Assembly (NCBI RefSeq): GCF_036321535.1
Contig: NC_087437.1
Coordinates: 85,066,001-85,130,000, forward strand
DNA from: Camelus dromedarius
Taxonomy: Eukaryota
DNA length: 64,000 nt
Direction of reading: 5' to 3'
Shown piece by piece: positions 12,701-25,145 of this stretch (position 1 is its first letter; every line of letters begins with the position of its first letter). The translations under genes and the position numbers were made by a program. Below the pieces are notes generated by a model. It had not been told where the DNA came from, made no database searches, and was given only the letters and a program-made list of their open reading frames with translations.

Positions 12701-15700
12701 CTTTTTTTTTCCCCCACCCATCATGAGGGGGTCCTTTAATAGAGATGGGCAGACAGGGAATGATGACTATACAGTTGAATTAATAGGAGGGAATTACAAT
12801 AAAATCTCAAAAAGTGGAAAATATTGAAAGAAATAATCTTTGGAGGGTTTTGAAAAGGGAAGGACATAATAAAAACAATGTTTAAAGCATAACATAGGCA
12901 GTAATATATAATACAGTAGAGGAGCTTGACTGGAAGGATATTAAGATTAATGATGCTGGAAAGGGAGGCATAAATACAAGATCAAGGTCTTATAGGAAGG
13001 GATGATGTCAACAGGATAGGGATTCATTTTAGTGAGCAGTTAACTTTAGAAGGTAAACATTAATAAAGATTTTTATAGAAGGATCTAATGGTGATGAGAC
13101 CACGGGTATAAATAAAGAGCTGTATGGAGGTAGAAAGAGGGCAAATGTGTGCTATATGATATAGCACTTCTCAGAAATGAGGGACGTTCTCTCCTGTCTG
13201 TGGGCTGTAGTGGGGTGGAAAGCTATAGTAATTGGAATGCAATGAAACAGAAAGTTGTTTAGGGGGGTTGTTTTGGGAGTTCACTACGAAGAATGTCAAG
13301 GATCTGGGCCAGAATAAAGCTGAGCAGTGTAAGTTTAATATAGGTCAAGTCTGCCTGTAGTATTCTATATATAGCCCCGTCATGATAACAGAGAAAATAA
13401 ATTTAGATACTCTCTAAAAAATGTATGTAAATAGGGTAATTGCAGATGATCTGAAAAATGAATAAATTGAAATAATTCATAATGTTAGGATTTCTAAATC
13501 AATCTCAGGTTTAACATTAATATAAAAATCCTCTGAGAATGCCATACTTCAAAATTCTCTAGTTTGATTTCTTTTCTTCTAAAGTTTTGGGGTGTTCCAC
13601 AATTTTCTATGAAGAAGACAATCTAGGTAATCTGGGGAGACTTTTGCTCCAGTATAAGATGGGACAGAGTACACCTCCGATGGAAAAGCTGATCTCTCCT
13701 CACCCCATCTAGTTAGCCTTCTGTTCGAAGCATCTTTCTTGGGAAAACTTGTATCTCCCAGGCTCAGCATAAACTTGTTCCCATCCACCTCTGCCCAAGT
13801 GAGGGGTGGAGCCTGGAAGAGGCTATCCTTCTCTGCCCTGCCTGGAGGAATCTTAAGGGAGAGTTGCCAGGAGCGGTCATTCTTACTAGTGTTAGTGTTC
13901 TCCCAGTGTTAATAGAGGGAGCTGCACTACTGCACCTGGGGAGTGTAAGGGAGCAGGGGATGAATTAGGAGAATGTGAATAATAAACAAGGGACTTCCAC
14001 AGGCCATACTATCAGGCTCTACTCTAGGAGGAGGGAGAAATATTCTATCCCTGGTCCTGTCTCCCCCAGGAGCAGGGAGCAGCTTTCTCTCTCAGTATTT
14101 TCTTCACAATACCAACTGCCATCCTCATTCCAAACCCAGTGCGTTTTGAGGATAGAACGTGCTCTATCCTTTTGCTTCCCCACAACGTTCTCCATTTTGG
14201 TAGTAACTCAGTTTTTCCTGAAGCACAGCTTTGCCTCTTGCAAACAATTTAGAAGCTATCTAGAAGCTGGAATTATATGCCAGGGAGAAGACAGCAACCT
14301 GGAATCTCAGAGGGTTCTTAGACAGCAGCATGACCTGAGCCTGAGAACCTTTGGCCCAGAGAGTAACACATGCTGTGTCAGCTTCCCATCTGTGCAAAAG
14401 GAAGAGGATGTTTCTAGCTGCCGTTGCCATTGCTAATTAATCCTCCACCCACTATGGCACACCTCTCCACACACTACACCCACACAAACATTCCACTGTG
14501 GGCAATTGTTTTGAGGGCTTTAAAGGACAGACCAGGAGGAAAGGGTCTTAAGCAGAAGAGCATAGATGGTAGGTGCTGAATTCTACTGCACTGAGTTTGG
14601 ACTTGTCGTTGGTCCAGGAATGACAGGGGAAATCGATACTCCGCATGCATCCCCTGGGGCTGTGGCAGGTGAATCTCAGGATACAGTTCTGCCTGAAATA
14701 TGCCCTCAGGATCAGGAGCGACTGAGCAGTAACAACCTGAGCATGACAGTGAAGGCATATGTGATATGTTTTACCAAATCCCTCTTAGAGGCCCTCAGGA
14801 TGTAGGCTAGTTGTTTGCATCATACATTCAGCAAGATCTTTTCGCTCCATGAGATGTTTAGGCTTTAAACATAACACAGGCTGATTGACAGAACAAAGTG
14901 GGATGGGGGTTTTGCATGCCTTGTTATTAGCACAATTTGCAGACAAGTCAGTGGAGTCCATATAGATTGAGAAGTTTCTATACTTGTTTAACAAATCAGT
15001 GAATGAGCTGAGTTTTTAAGTTACTTAGAAGTGAAATCTGATGCTTCCAGTTAATTCCCTCAGCAAAAATTTGCTGTGGACCTTCTGCATGTCAGGCACT
15101 GAGTAATCACAACAAAACTGGTTCATGTTCTCATGAAGCGTATAATTCAGTGGAACAGACAGATGAAGCAAAAGAAAACAAGCCAGCAAAGTCTGTTATA
15201 TATAGTGGCAAGTAAAATCATGGTAAAAAGAGTAAACTAGGGTAATGTGAGAAGAGCCCACTGCACATAGAGTGATTGGCACTCAGCATGTATTTCAAAC
15301 TTCCTCTGAAATGTCTTCTGTTCTACAGAGGCTAGGAAAATTGCAGTCAAAGTTTTAGATGAAAATCGGATTCTACTAACTAGGAGATCCAAAATGAGAT
15401 GTTGAAGGCAGAAGTGAGGCTTCTTGGGGCTTACTTAGTGGTAAAGAAGTTGATTTTTTTTTTTTTTTGCATTATTATTCCAGAAACTAGTCACTTGTTT
15501 ATTGGGAGTTGGGGGTTTATGGCAGTTGGTTGTAAATTCACCTCACAGATGACGTAATTTTAGCATTATGTTCTGGAGGTTAGTAGTTCCAGTAATGGCC
15601 TTCTGATTCCCCATCTTCCTGGTTATGATAGACAGGACTGTTCTGGCTGGGCAGCCAGCTGCTCCCACTCTGGGAGTAATTGCTGATGGTCAACCTGAGT

Positions 15701-16299
15701 GCCTACTCCTCTGTTTTTGTTTTTGGTTTTTTTTTTTAACAGAGGCACATTATTAGCCTTTCGCATCATCCTTAATGGGTCACAAATATCACACAGTCAC
15801 AAATGAAGGGTTGTATGGAAAAGACAATGTGAGCTATTTTGTAGACCAGGTCTCTAGTGCATGAAAGTTCATCTAGACCTTGGAGCCAAAATAAATATTT
15901 ATTTTGAAATTATAATTTTCAGAGAATAAAATATTAAGCTGCCACTTCCTTTTTAGTGTAGAAATTATTGTAACTGCAGACCTTGTGAAATAATTCTGAG
16001 AAGTTTGTATGGAAAATCAAAAGACTAATCTCCAGCCCTTTCACTAAATGTAATTCAGGCTGTTCTTTAATTAATCTGTAGGTCTCAATTCCTTCTTTTG
16101 TAAAATGAGGGGCTGGAGTCAGATGGTGTCCAACATTAATATTTTTAATTATCACTATGAGATTTAGGTCTCAGAGTTGGCACTAAAACAGTCCCCAAGC
16201 AGTAATTATAGAATGCAATTATGGAGGATGTTCCAATTACGCGATAGTCACAGGGAAAATAATTTGCACCAGTTAGGGTCATTGTTAACAATAACTTCA

Positions 16300-17205
16300 A
16301 GTGCTTTATGTAATCTGTCCTTATATATTTTGAGACTGTTACCAATTGCCTACACATTTAAAATAAATACTTCTTTCTGGGGAATTGAAATCATTACCCA
16401 GTTACTCTTTTTGTTTGAAAAATGCCTTGTTTTATAGAAAAACCTATTACATAACTGTATAAGCTTGTTTTTGTCAATTGTCTTTGCCCCCAAAATGCAT
16501 CTTTTCCTAATTTCTTTAGCTATATGTTTTAGCTATGACTTGTGTAAAAAACACAATTGTTTTTTCAAAAGCAAATCTCAAACCCATTGTATTTTAATAA
16601 GATCATTTTATCCATTTATTTTTACTATAAATACTGATACATTTAGATGTATATCTATCACCCTTTTCTGTGCATTTTATTTGTTCTGATATTTCTGTGT
16701 TTCCTTTTCTGTCTTTTCTTGTGGGTTTTTTTTTTTTTTTGCATTTGTTAATTTTATCATTCCATCTTTTCCTTAACTAGTTTTTTGTAATCAATACTCT
16801 TATTAGGTATACCCAATATTTTCATTATTCTTTTCATGATTAATCTAAAGATGATAATGTTTTTACTTGACTTTTAAAGTCTCAAAGCTAATCTTTGTAT
16901 TTTTCCTTTTCCTTCATAGAAAATTTTAAACACAGTAACTACTTTGAGTCTCTTTTCTATCACATGCTGTTTAATTTAATTCTGTTTTCTTATGTCCATA
17001 AGATGCTATTTTTGGTTCAGAAAGTTGATGCTGAAACACATTTAGCCGCATCCTTATTGCTTCTCTGCTCTCTTTATCCATTTTTGCATCTCAAATCTTC
17101 TTTCTTGGATCATTTTCTTTACTCATATCATCCAGATTTTCTTTTAATGATAGTCTGCTTGTGGGAAACTTCCACAGATTTGTCTGAAAATATCTTTATT
17201 TTATC
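16300..17205 (-). mobile_element. Old, highly diverged L1M-type fragment
   Basis: T-rich antisense L1-like text (ttttatccatttatttttactataaatactgatacatttag; gatttgtctgaaaatatctttattttatcctt). Boundaries approximate. Confidence 0.5.
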
Positions 17206-17209
17206 CTTT

Positions 17210-17440
17210 ATATTAGTTTTGGGGGCTGCTATATCAAAATGCCAGAAACTTGGTGGCTTAAACAACAAAAATTTATTGTCTCACAGACTCAGAAACTAGA
17301 AGTCTCCAAAGTGTCTGCAGGGTTGATTCCTGCTGAGGGCTTTGAGGGAAGAATCTGTTCTGGGTCTCTCTCCTCGCCTTGAAGATGGTTGTCTGGTTTT
17401 TTCATCTCTTCTCATTGTATTCTCTTTATGTGTGTGTGTC
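17210..17440 (-). mobile_element. MaLR LTR fragment (MLT1-like)
   Basis: Antisense MLT1 terminus motif: gggctgctatatcaaaatgccagaaacttggtggcttaaacaacaaaaatttattgtctcacag. Confidence 0.75.
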
Positions 17441-17444
17441 TCTG

Positions 17445-17664
17445 GACTTGAGGACTATCTATTGTTTACCTGAGATCTTGTGTGAGAAGGGCTGCATCCG
17501 CTATGTAAAAGGATGAGATTTCTTTCTTTCTTCACAATCTCCAGCTGACTGTCTATTCTGTACTCACATTTTAAATTCTTATTCAATAAGAACTGCGTCC
17601 TTTCCCTTCTTTTCTGAAGATGGTTTGGGATTGGCAGGATATTTTTAATTTTATTTCACCAACA
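17445..17664 (+). mobile_element. 3' half of an ERV1-type LTR
   Basis: TATA-like tatgtaaaagg, poly(A)-signal-like attcaataag, and a U5-like end ttttatttcaccaaca finishing in CA. Confidence 0.5.
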
Positions 17665-19049
17665 ATATGTATTCAACCCTCTTACTCCATACTTCATATC
17701 TCTTAACCTCTCTTTCTCTTTTTTTCTTCTCTCTGTGCTGCATTGTGGAAAACTTATAATCTACTTTAAAATTCAACTGTTTATCTCTTTGGCTATGTCT
17801 AGTCAGCTTTTAAACCTGAACACTGAACTTTTTTTCAGTTAGTGCATATTTTATTTTTGCAATGTATTTATTTCAGATTTGCTATGTATTACTTACAATT
17901 TTCCTCAGAATTTCTTCAAATTGCTTTTATTATTTTCAGAAAATAACAAGAATACTATCTTCCTTTCTTACATTCTGTTTCTTTTAATTACAATATAAAT
18001 AATTATTATAATTCTGTTAGTTCAATTTTTATATGCATTTTCAATTGAAGTGTCCTATTTCCTTAGAAATATTTTATATATATATTTTTTCATTTTCTTT
18101 TGAAAATATTTGTGTGAATTCTTTGGGAATTCTGTAAGAATGATGTTGTGTTTATCCAGAGAGAATTTTTTATTTCCATCAAAAAACTAGAATTCTATTG
18201 AGCAGATATATTAAATTCACAGCTTGAGTTTTTTAAACTTTGTGAGTGCTAGAAATTTGGGCTGCATGTTATATATGTATTACGAAAAAATCTAGCAGCA
18301 TACAATGTTTCTGAGGGTCAGCAATCTGAGAGCAATTTATCTGAGTGATACTTGATAATAGTCTCTCATAAGATTGTAGTCAAGTTGTTGTCAAGGCTCA
18401 GTGATCTGCTCTCAAGAAATCTCACTCACTTAGCTGTTGGCTGTAGACTTCATTTGTTTGTAACATGTACTTCTTCATAGAGCTGATCTCAACATAGACT
18501 GAGTAGAATGAAAATCAAAGAAAGAAGAAGGGGGAAACATCTAGACTTTGAAGCCACACACTGTCACTTTCTCTACTATGTTTATTAGAAATAACCAAGT
18601 CCAGCCCATCTCAATGGGCAGAAACTTAGGTTCTGTCTCCTAAAGGGAGGAATATCAAATAATTTATAGGCATGTTTAAAATAGGTTGTGAACTCCAATG
18701 ATAGCTGACTAGTCATTTCACTTCTCAGGCACAATTGTTTTCCTTGCTGTGCTTTTATCAAGGCAGGTTTTCTTGCAGTTGTTTCAGAGTGAAAACCAAC
18801 TGAACCTCAGTAAGAACAGCAGAAATTGGGGTGTCTTAATTTGACCTACACCTTCAGCTTTGGGATAGTCTTGAAAGCCAGTATTCTTGCAACCATGGTA
18901 CAGTTATGATAGCCATCACCTTGCAGCCGCTGGATGGGGCACACTGTTTGGAGTTCTTCATAAATTTCCATCTCTAGAGCATTTGATCTGTCTCACAGTT
19001 CCCTGGAAAAGCCTCATTCACATGTACATGTTATATTGATACTTGAATA

Positions 19050-20300
19050 TTTCATTTATTTTCCAGCATAATTGCTGTTGTGTTTTAAATTTCTGTTCCT
19101 ACATGTTTGTTGCTAATATATAAAAATATAATCAATTTTTGTGTGTTGATGTTTTATTCTGCAAATTTGAGAACTCAGTTATTAGTTCTTAAAGTTTTTT
19201 TTGTTGATTCTTGGGGTTTTTTATGTACATAGTCATGACATCTGCAAATCAGTATAGTTTTCTTTCTTTTCAATCTGTATGCCTCTTTTTTCCTTTCCTT
19301 GCCTTATTGTACTGAATAAGTCTTATATATCTAAGGACACGATAGTGTCTGGAAATGTACCCACACATCCACAGTTATTTGAAGATTCACAAATTCCCCA
19401 AAGCAATTTATGGGAAGTGAAAACTTTTTCTATTAAGGCACTAGACAACTGCATAACCACATAGAAAAATTAACTTTGACACCTATCTTACGACTGTACA
19501 AAAATTATCCTGAGCTGAGATTATAGACCCTAAACATAAAAGCTTAAAAGTACAAAGTATCTGAGAGAACACTTGGAGTAATATATTATCCATCTTTGGG
19601 TAGCAAAATTTTATCTGAGAGGACACAGAAATCACTAACCATAATTGAAACAAAATGATAAGTTAGACCTCATCAAAAAATTTAACTCCATAAAATGTAG
19701 CAGTAGGAAAATGAATATTCAAGCCATAATCTGAGAGAAAATATTGATACATATGTCTATCAAAGGGCTTGAATATTCAAAAACACTAATAATTCCATAA
19801 TAAGGAGATACACAACCTACTTAAACTTGGCTAATTTTAAATAAAAATCAAATTTTAAATTCAAAATAAAGAATGGTTAAAAGATGGTTATAAAGAGTGT
19901 ATATATATATATATATATATAGACAATAATACATGAAAAGGTGCTTCTTATTATTAGTCGTTAGGTAATTAAAAATTCAGATCACAATAAGATAATATTT
20001 CACACCCACTAAAAGTGCTATATTTAAGAATATTGATTTTTACCATATATTGGTCATACTATATGAATAAATGAATACTATATGAATATATGATGATAGA
20101 AATAGGACAGTACTTACTTCTAGGCTGGCAAAATCTATCTAAAAAGGAAGAAGAAAGAAACTTTCTGAGATAAGGAAATACTTTATATCTTAATTGGAGT
20201 TTGGACTTTGTGGTTTAACCTTGGCAAAAATCATCAAACTCAATGCTTGAGATGTGTGTATTTCACTGTATATAAATTTTACCTTGATAAAAATTACAGT
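19050..20300. mobile_element. Old L1M fragments (antisense about 19050-19320; sense 3' part about 19430-20300)
   Basis: tgttgctaatatataaaaatataatcaatttttgtgtgttgatgttttattctgcaa (antisense ORF2); ends with gtgtgtatttcactgtatataaattttaccttgataaaa, typical of ancient L1 3' ends. Confidence 0.65.
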
Positions 20301-23300
20301 AAAAATATGATCTACCCACGTATAGCACAGATATTTTATATACCAGTAAGAGTATTACCCCTTCAGTTTCTCCTAAAACTAAATTATAGGCATGGAACAC
20401 TAGGCGATGATGGCATGGCAGTGTTGGGGTGGTGACAGAGAATGGCCGCTCTGTAAGTGTTCTATCACAAGACAAGCAAGCTGAGAGGTATGATTGCAGG
20501 TTTACTGGAGGAAGGTTTCTTGTTCAGAAGGTGATTTGAGGATGGAGGACATTTCTTCTAGAAATATCTCTGACTCTTAGTTAAATTAGATATGCTTTAT
20601 AAACAAAATAGAAATAGTGTTTGTAAATAGCACAAAATATTTAGAAGACTAAGAATCCAGGGCACTGTGATCATTAACTAACTTCACTGGAAAGGTCGCA
20701 TACACAGGCTACTTTCTCCTCTCCTTATTTTCCTTCTCCAGTCTCTCTGCATATGCTCAAGGACGTTGTAATCCTTAGTATCATCTTCAAAACCATGGGG
20801 CACTATATTTGCTCTCTGGATTGACTATAACATACAGAATTGATTGAATTTTCTTTATTAAACCTGGATATATATTTTTTCCAACTAACTTTTCGTGGTA
20901 TCATAGGATAAATTCATAATGAAGCACATTGAAGCTGAAAAGAAAAATGGATAATGGAAATAACATGAGCATTGGTTTTCCTACTAACGGTACTCCTCAG
21001 GCAATAGCTTCTCTCTCTTTTCTTGAATTTCTTCGTCTATAGCTGGAGTTTCAAGGACATCTGGCTTAGAGATATAAAAAGCTGGCTAAATCTTAACTCT
21101 GCTTCTCATGGCCTGGGAGGACCTCACCTTAGGCAGTCAGTTAGGCTTCTAACACCAGCATTTCTTCTGTGTTTCTTCTGTTATGCTCGGCTGGGAATGA
21201 ATTCTTTAGCTTGTTGCATTAAACTGTGACTTCTGTAAGAATTTCTTGTCACAGAGCTCACTTATGCCAAATTTCAAATGATCTTGGTAAGACTGCACTG
21301 TTTTTCGAAGTAAAAAGGTAACTGAAACCGACATTTAACCAGAATCTATTAGTCAATAATCAGGATTCAGCATTTTCTGAATTAAAGTTTGAAGTGTTAT
21401 TCCATTTGTAAGACATGGGAAAAATGCTGCCTGAAAGTAAACTTTTGTTGTTATTTTTGGTTTGTTTCTCCCATGTAAATCATTATTATTCAAGGTTTCA
21501 GTTGAAGAGAATTTCATCAAACTTTGATTTGATAAGGTTGTATTTTTTTTTCCCTTAAAATCTGTTTGTCCTAGACTTCTAAAACTAGCTATGTAGGAAA
21601 GCACCAACACTTTCCTTCTAATTAAAGTGCTGTTGGCATAGAGTGTATTTTATGCAAATTGATGTCTGTTGGTCAAATAGACACGCCAATGATATCTTAC
21701 ATCCATAGTGTCAACTCTCTGATACCTGTAAAATTAAATTTCAAGTGTCATGGAAAATGTCTGTAACATTTATCAATATTCTTATCTATTTGGTCTAACA
21801 TAGCTTCAGATAAAGATTTTATTGATTTGGGAACTGTCATGAATAACTGTCTACATACACGTCATACTATTAGTATTATTGGGAACTTAAAAGCATCTAA
21901 AGTAAAAAAAAAAGATTTTCATTTAATAGGGGAATTTATGGTCTTAAAAATTGTGTAATCCCACTTAATCTGTAACATATCTACTTAAATGAATAAGTCA
22001 CGGAGCATCACCCCGTGAGCCCTTCTGAAGGAAAAGCTCAAATCAACTGTCACATACTTAATTATAAGTTCAGAGGTAATTCACTCAATTTTTGTCACAC
22101 ACAGTTTAAAGACTTTTAGCAATTTCATACGAAAAAAGCCAAATCCTATGGAACAGGGCCCAATGTCTAGGTTAATTACAGCAGCAGCCTCTTCTGAGTG
22201 AGAAAGATCACAGCCATCTGATTATAACACAGCATTAGTGTACTGATTCAGATGATATGCGAGTCCAATGAAACCCCTCAAAATTCAATCATGCAAAAAC
22301 TGATGGTGTGTAAAGTGACGAGAAATACAGTTAACAAAACATAGTGTCACATTCAGGTTTAAATACAAGTTGAAAAATAAGTAGTTAGTTTTTATTATTT
22401 AGGAAGTGCCTTGGTAATAATACAAGGCAGTAAGTGTTTCAGCGGTAAGTTGGTCCTTGAAGTATACAGCACTATGAGACCACCCTGGGTAGTACATATC
22501 TCACCCCGGCTTTAGAACCAAGCAGTAACCTGGATGAGTTGAAAGGGGAAACAAAGAAAGAGGCATTTGGTAACATGTATAATTATAGATAGCTAAGCCC
22601 ACTAGTTGAAGACCAGCTGGAGATCTGAAGATGTGTTAATTCTGTCGCTAAGTTACTTCTCCCACATTTCTGTCTTGTTGGCACTAGGTAGTTAATAAAT
22701 CTTTTAGATCTGTATCTTCTTGGCTATGCCTGTTCTACAAAGTCATTGGGAGGGCTGCTTGAGGAAACCCCAGGATGGGAAAGTCTCGCTCTTCTGACAT
22801 GCTGAGTGAATCTGCCGGAGATCCGACCAATCCATGTATCCTAGTGTGGAGCCTTGCTTTTATTATTGTGGGAATGGTATGCCAGTCCACAAATATGAGT
22901 CCCTAATAGCGTGTATCTAGATGGATGTTGGTCTTTTCCCTGGTATCACTAGTCCACTGTGTTGTATTTAAAATAATAATTACTACTTCAAAAAGGAATA
23001 CATATAAAGTTGCTAGCTTCATTCAAAATATATGGGTCTTTGCTTTTGCTTGTATTTTATAGACAGCATCAGTTTCCTGTTGTGTCAATTTCCTACTAAA
23101 AGAATGTTTTGCCTTTTTTTCTCTAACATTAGAACTGTAGGAATACTATTCTAAAATGTGTATAAATCCCTTATTTTGTTATACAAATACTTAAGAAATA
23201 TTAAAGCAGTACACTACAGGTATGTAATTTGTGAATAAACCTGCATTTACCCTATACCACTCTCTCGTGGTAACTCAGAGTACCAGGAGCCTGAGTACTT

Positions 23301-25145
23301 CCGTGCAGGTTTAGGGAAGAACTACATTAAGATCTCATTAAATTGCATGGATCTAATTTAGAATTTACAGTGCTTCAGCTTTGTTTTAGGCTGACGTTTA
23401 TCTCTATGAGCTCTATAAGGAAAGAATTTGTTAATCAAATTAATAGTATGCATAAAGTGAAGACTATTTCAACCTACTTAAGATAGTAAGTGTTTTAGAG
23501 CTCTTAAAGCACTTTTGAAGCTCCTGTTTGCTGTCAAATAATTGAAATGCTAATCTTAAACAGTTCTTATCTAAGCAGTACAGTTCCCACAAGGGATTCA
23601 CCTAGATAAGGATTCTTCATCAGATGTACAGTATAAACGTGATAGTTTTAGAGTAAAACTGTATTTTTAAAAAATCTATAATTCAGGGTTTACACCAATT
23701 CGGAAAGGAATTTTCTCCAATATTTTGAGTTCTCTTTATTATATTGTTAAAAATACTATGTACACATATATTTAATTTTTTTTTAATTTCTAGATTGACT
23801 TGACCTATTTCATTTGAACTTGGTGTTTATAGTATTATATTATAGGAAGTATTTACGACATTACACTACATTTTTAAAAAATAAAATAATCTTGTCAAAA
23901 ATATTTTCATCTCAGGAGTAATAGAATACCACTATTCTCTTCATTTTCCCAAGTGAAGTTAAAGATTAGCTAAAACTTGTAGGTATTAATTAAAGGCAAT
24001 TATAACATAGCAACAGCAACATGTCATATGTAGTAGAAATCAGAAGTGTGAGAAATCACTAATAATAAATTGTAATAGTTATAATTATGAAAAATTTCCA
24101 ATTAAATTTGAGTGCTATGATTTTATGTATTATGAATCTGTATTAAAAATAAATGAGAAGCTAAATATGTGATCATAGAAATACATTTGATTGAATTACG
24201 GAAGTGGGAGGATGAAATGGAAAGTGAAGAAGGTATTTTAGATTCTACTGCATAGAGGGGCAGGTCCTTTTCACTACAGTTATTACTTAGCACAGCAAGG
24301 GCTCAATCAATCATAATAAGAGTCTGATATGGCAAGCATGGTCACTCCCTCAAGAACAGATAAAAAATAAGACCATTTTACTAATAAATCCTTTGTTGAA
24401 ATATATGTTCTCATGCTTATAGTTTGAAATTTATGGACTATACACACTGAATTGTACTGTTTATTCTTACAAATAAATCATACATTCTTCTGGGACAAAG
24501 AGTGACTAGATGGTGCTACATATTTTTCTATAGTGGCAGAACACATATTTTGATGTTTATATTACTTTTTACTGTATTAAATATTCTTTTGAATCCCCAT
24601 ACTTGTTAAAGGAGCATAAAAAATAAGCTTGTGTAAGACTTATTGTTTGTATGTTAAATATATAAAATTACATAAAAATTATAATATAACACAATATAAA
24701 ATATTTGGGTATGTGTTTATATAGTTTCAATATAAGGAAATCAAATTTACAAAAATAATGTGACTTGGGTATTCTACAGGCTAGTGAATGGCAGAACTAG
24801 GACTTAATCCAAATTCTTCTCACTTCTAACTTGGTGCCCTTTTAGTGGCCTCACAGTTTTAAAACAAAAGTAGACTTTTTTTAGGAGTGTAAGGTAAGAA
24901 TTAAGCTGCTACACTGAATTGAGGAGGTGGAACCAATAAGAAAATAGAGTAAGTTCCTTCCTAATGGTTGGGTCAATAAGAGCTTCTTATAAATAGATTC
25001 TTTATCATTAGGGCCTGAGTTAAATCTGCAAAGAAGCAAGAACTCAGAAGTCTTGGGGAAATAATGTTTTCATTAAAGATGTCAAAAATCTAGAAATAGC
25101 AAAATTAAAATCATGAAATCAGTAAATAATATTTAGTAAGAATTT

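Noticed and set aside
12429..12827. 132-aa plus-strand ORF
   Set aside because: Antisense to the RPS8 pseudogene; no independent coding signal.
13975..14436. 153-aa ORF
   Set aside because: GTG start, no recognisable domain, lies in old LTR-like sequence that I could not classify.
16895..17299. 134-aa F/L-rich ORF
   Set aside because: Non-ATG start, T-rich antisense L1 composition, and it runs into an MLT1 LTR.
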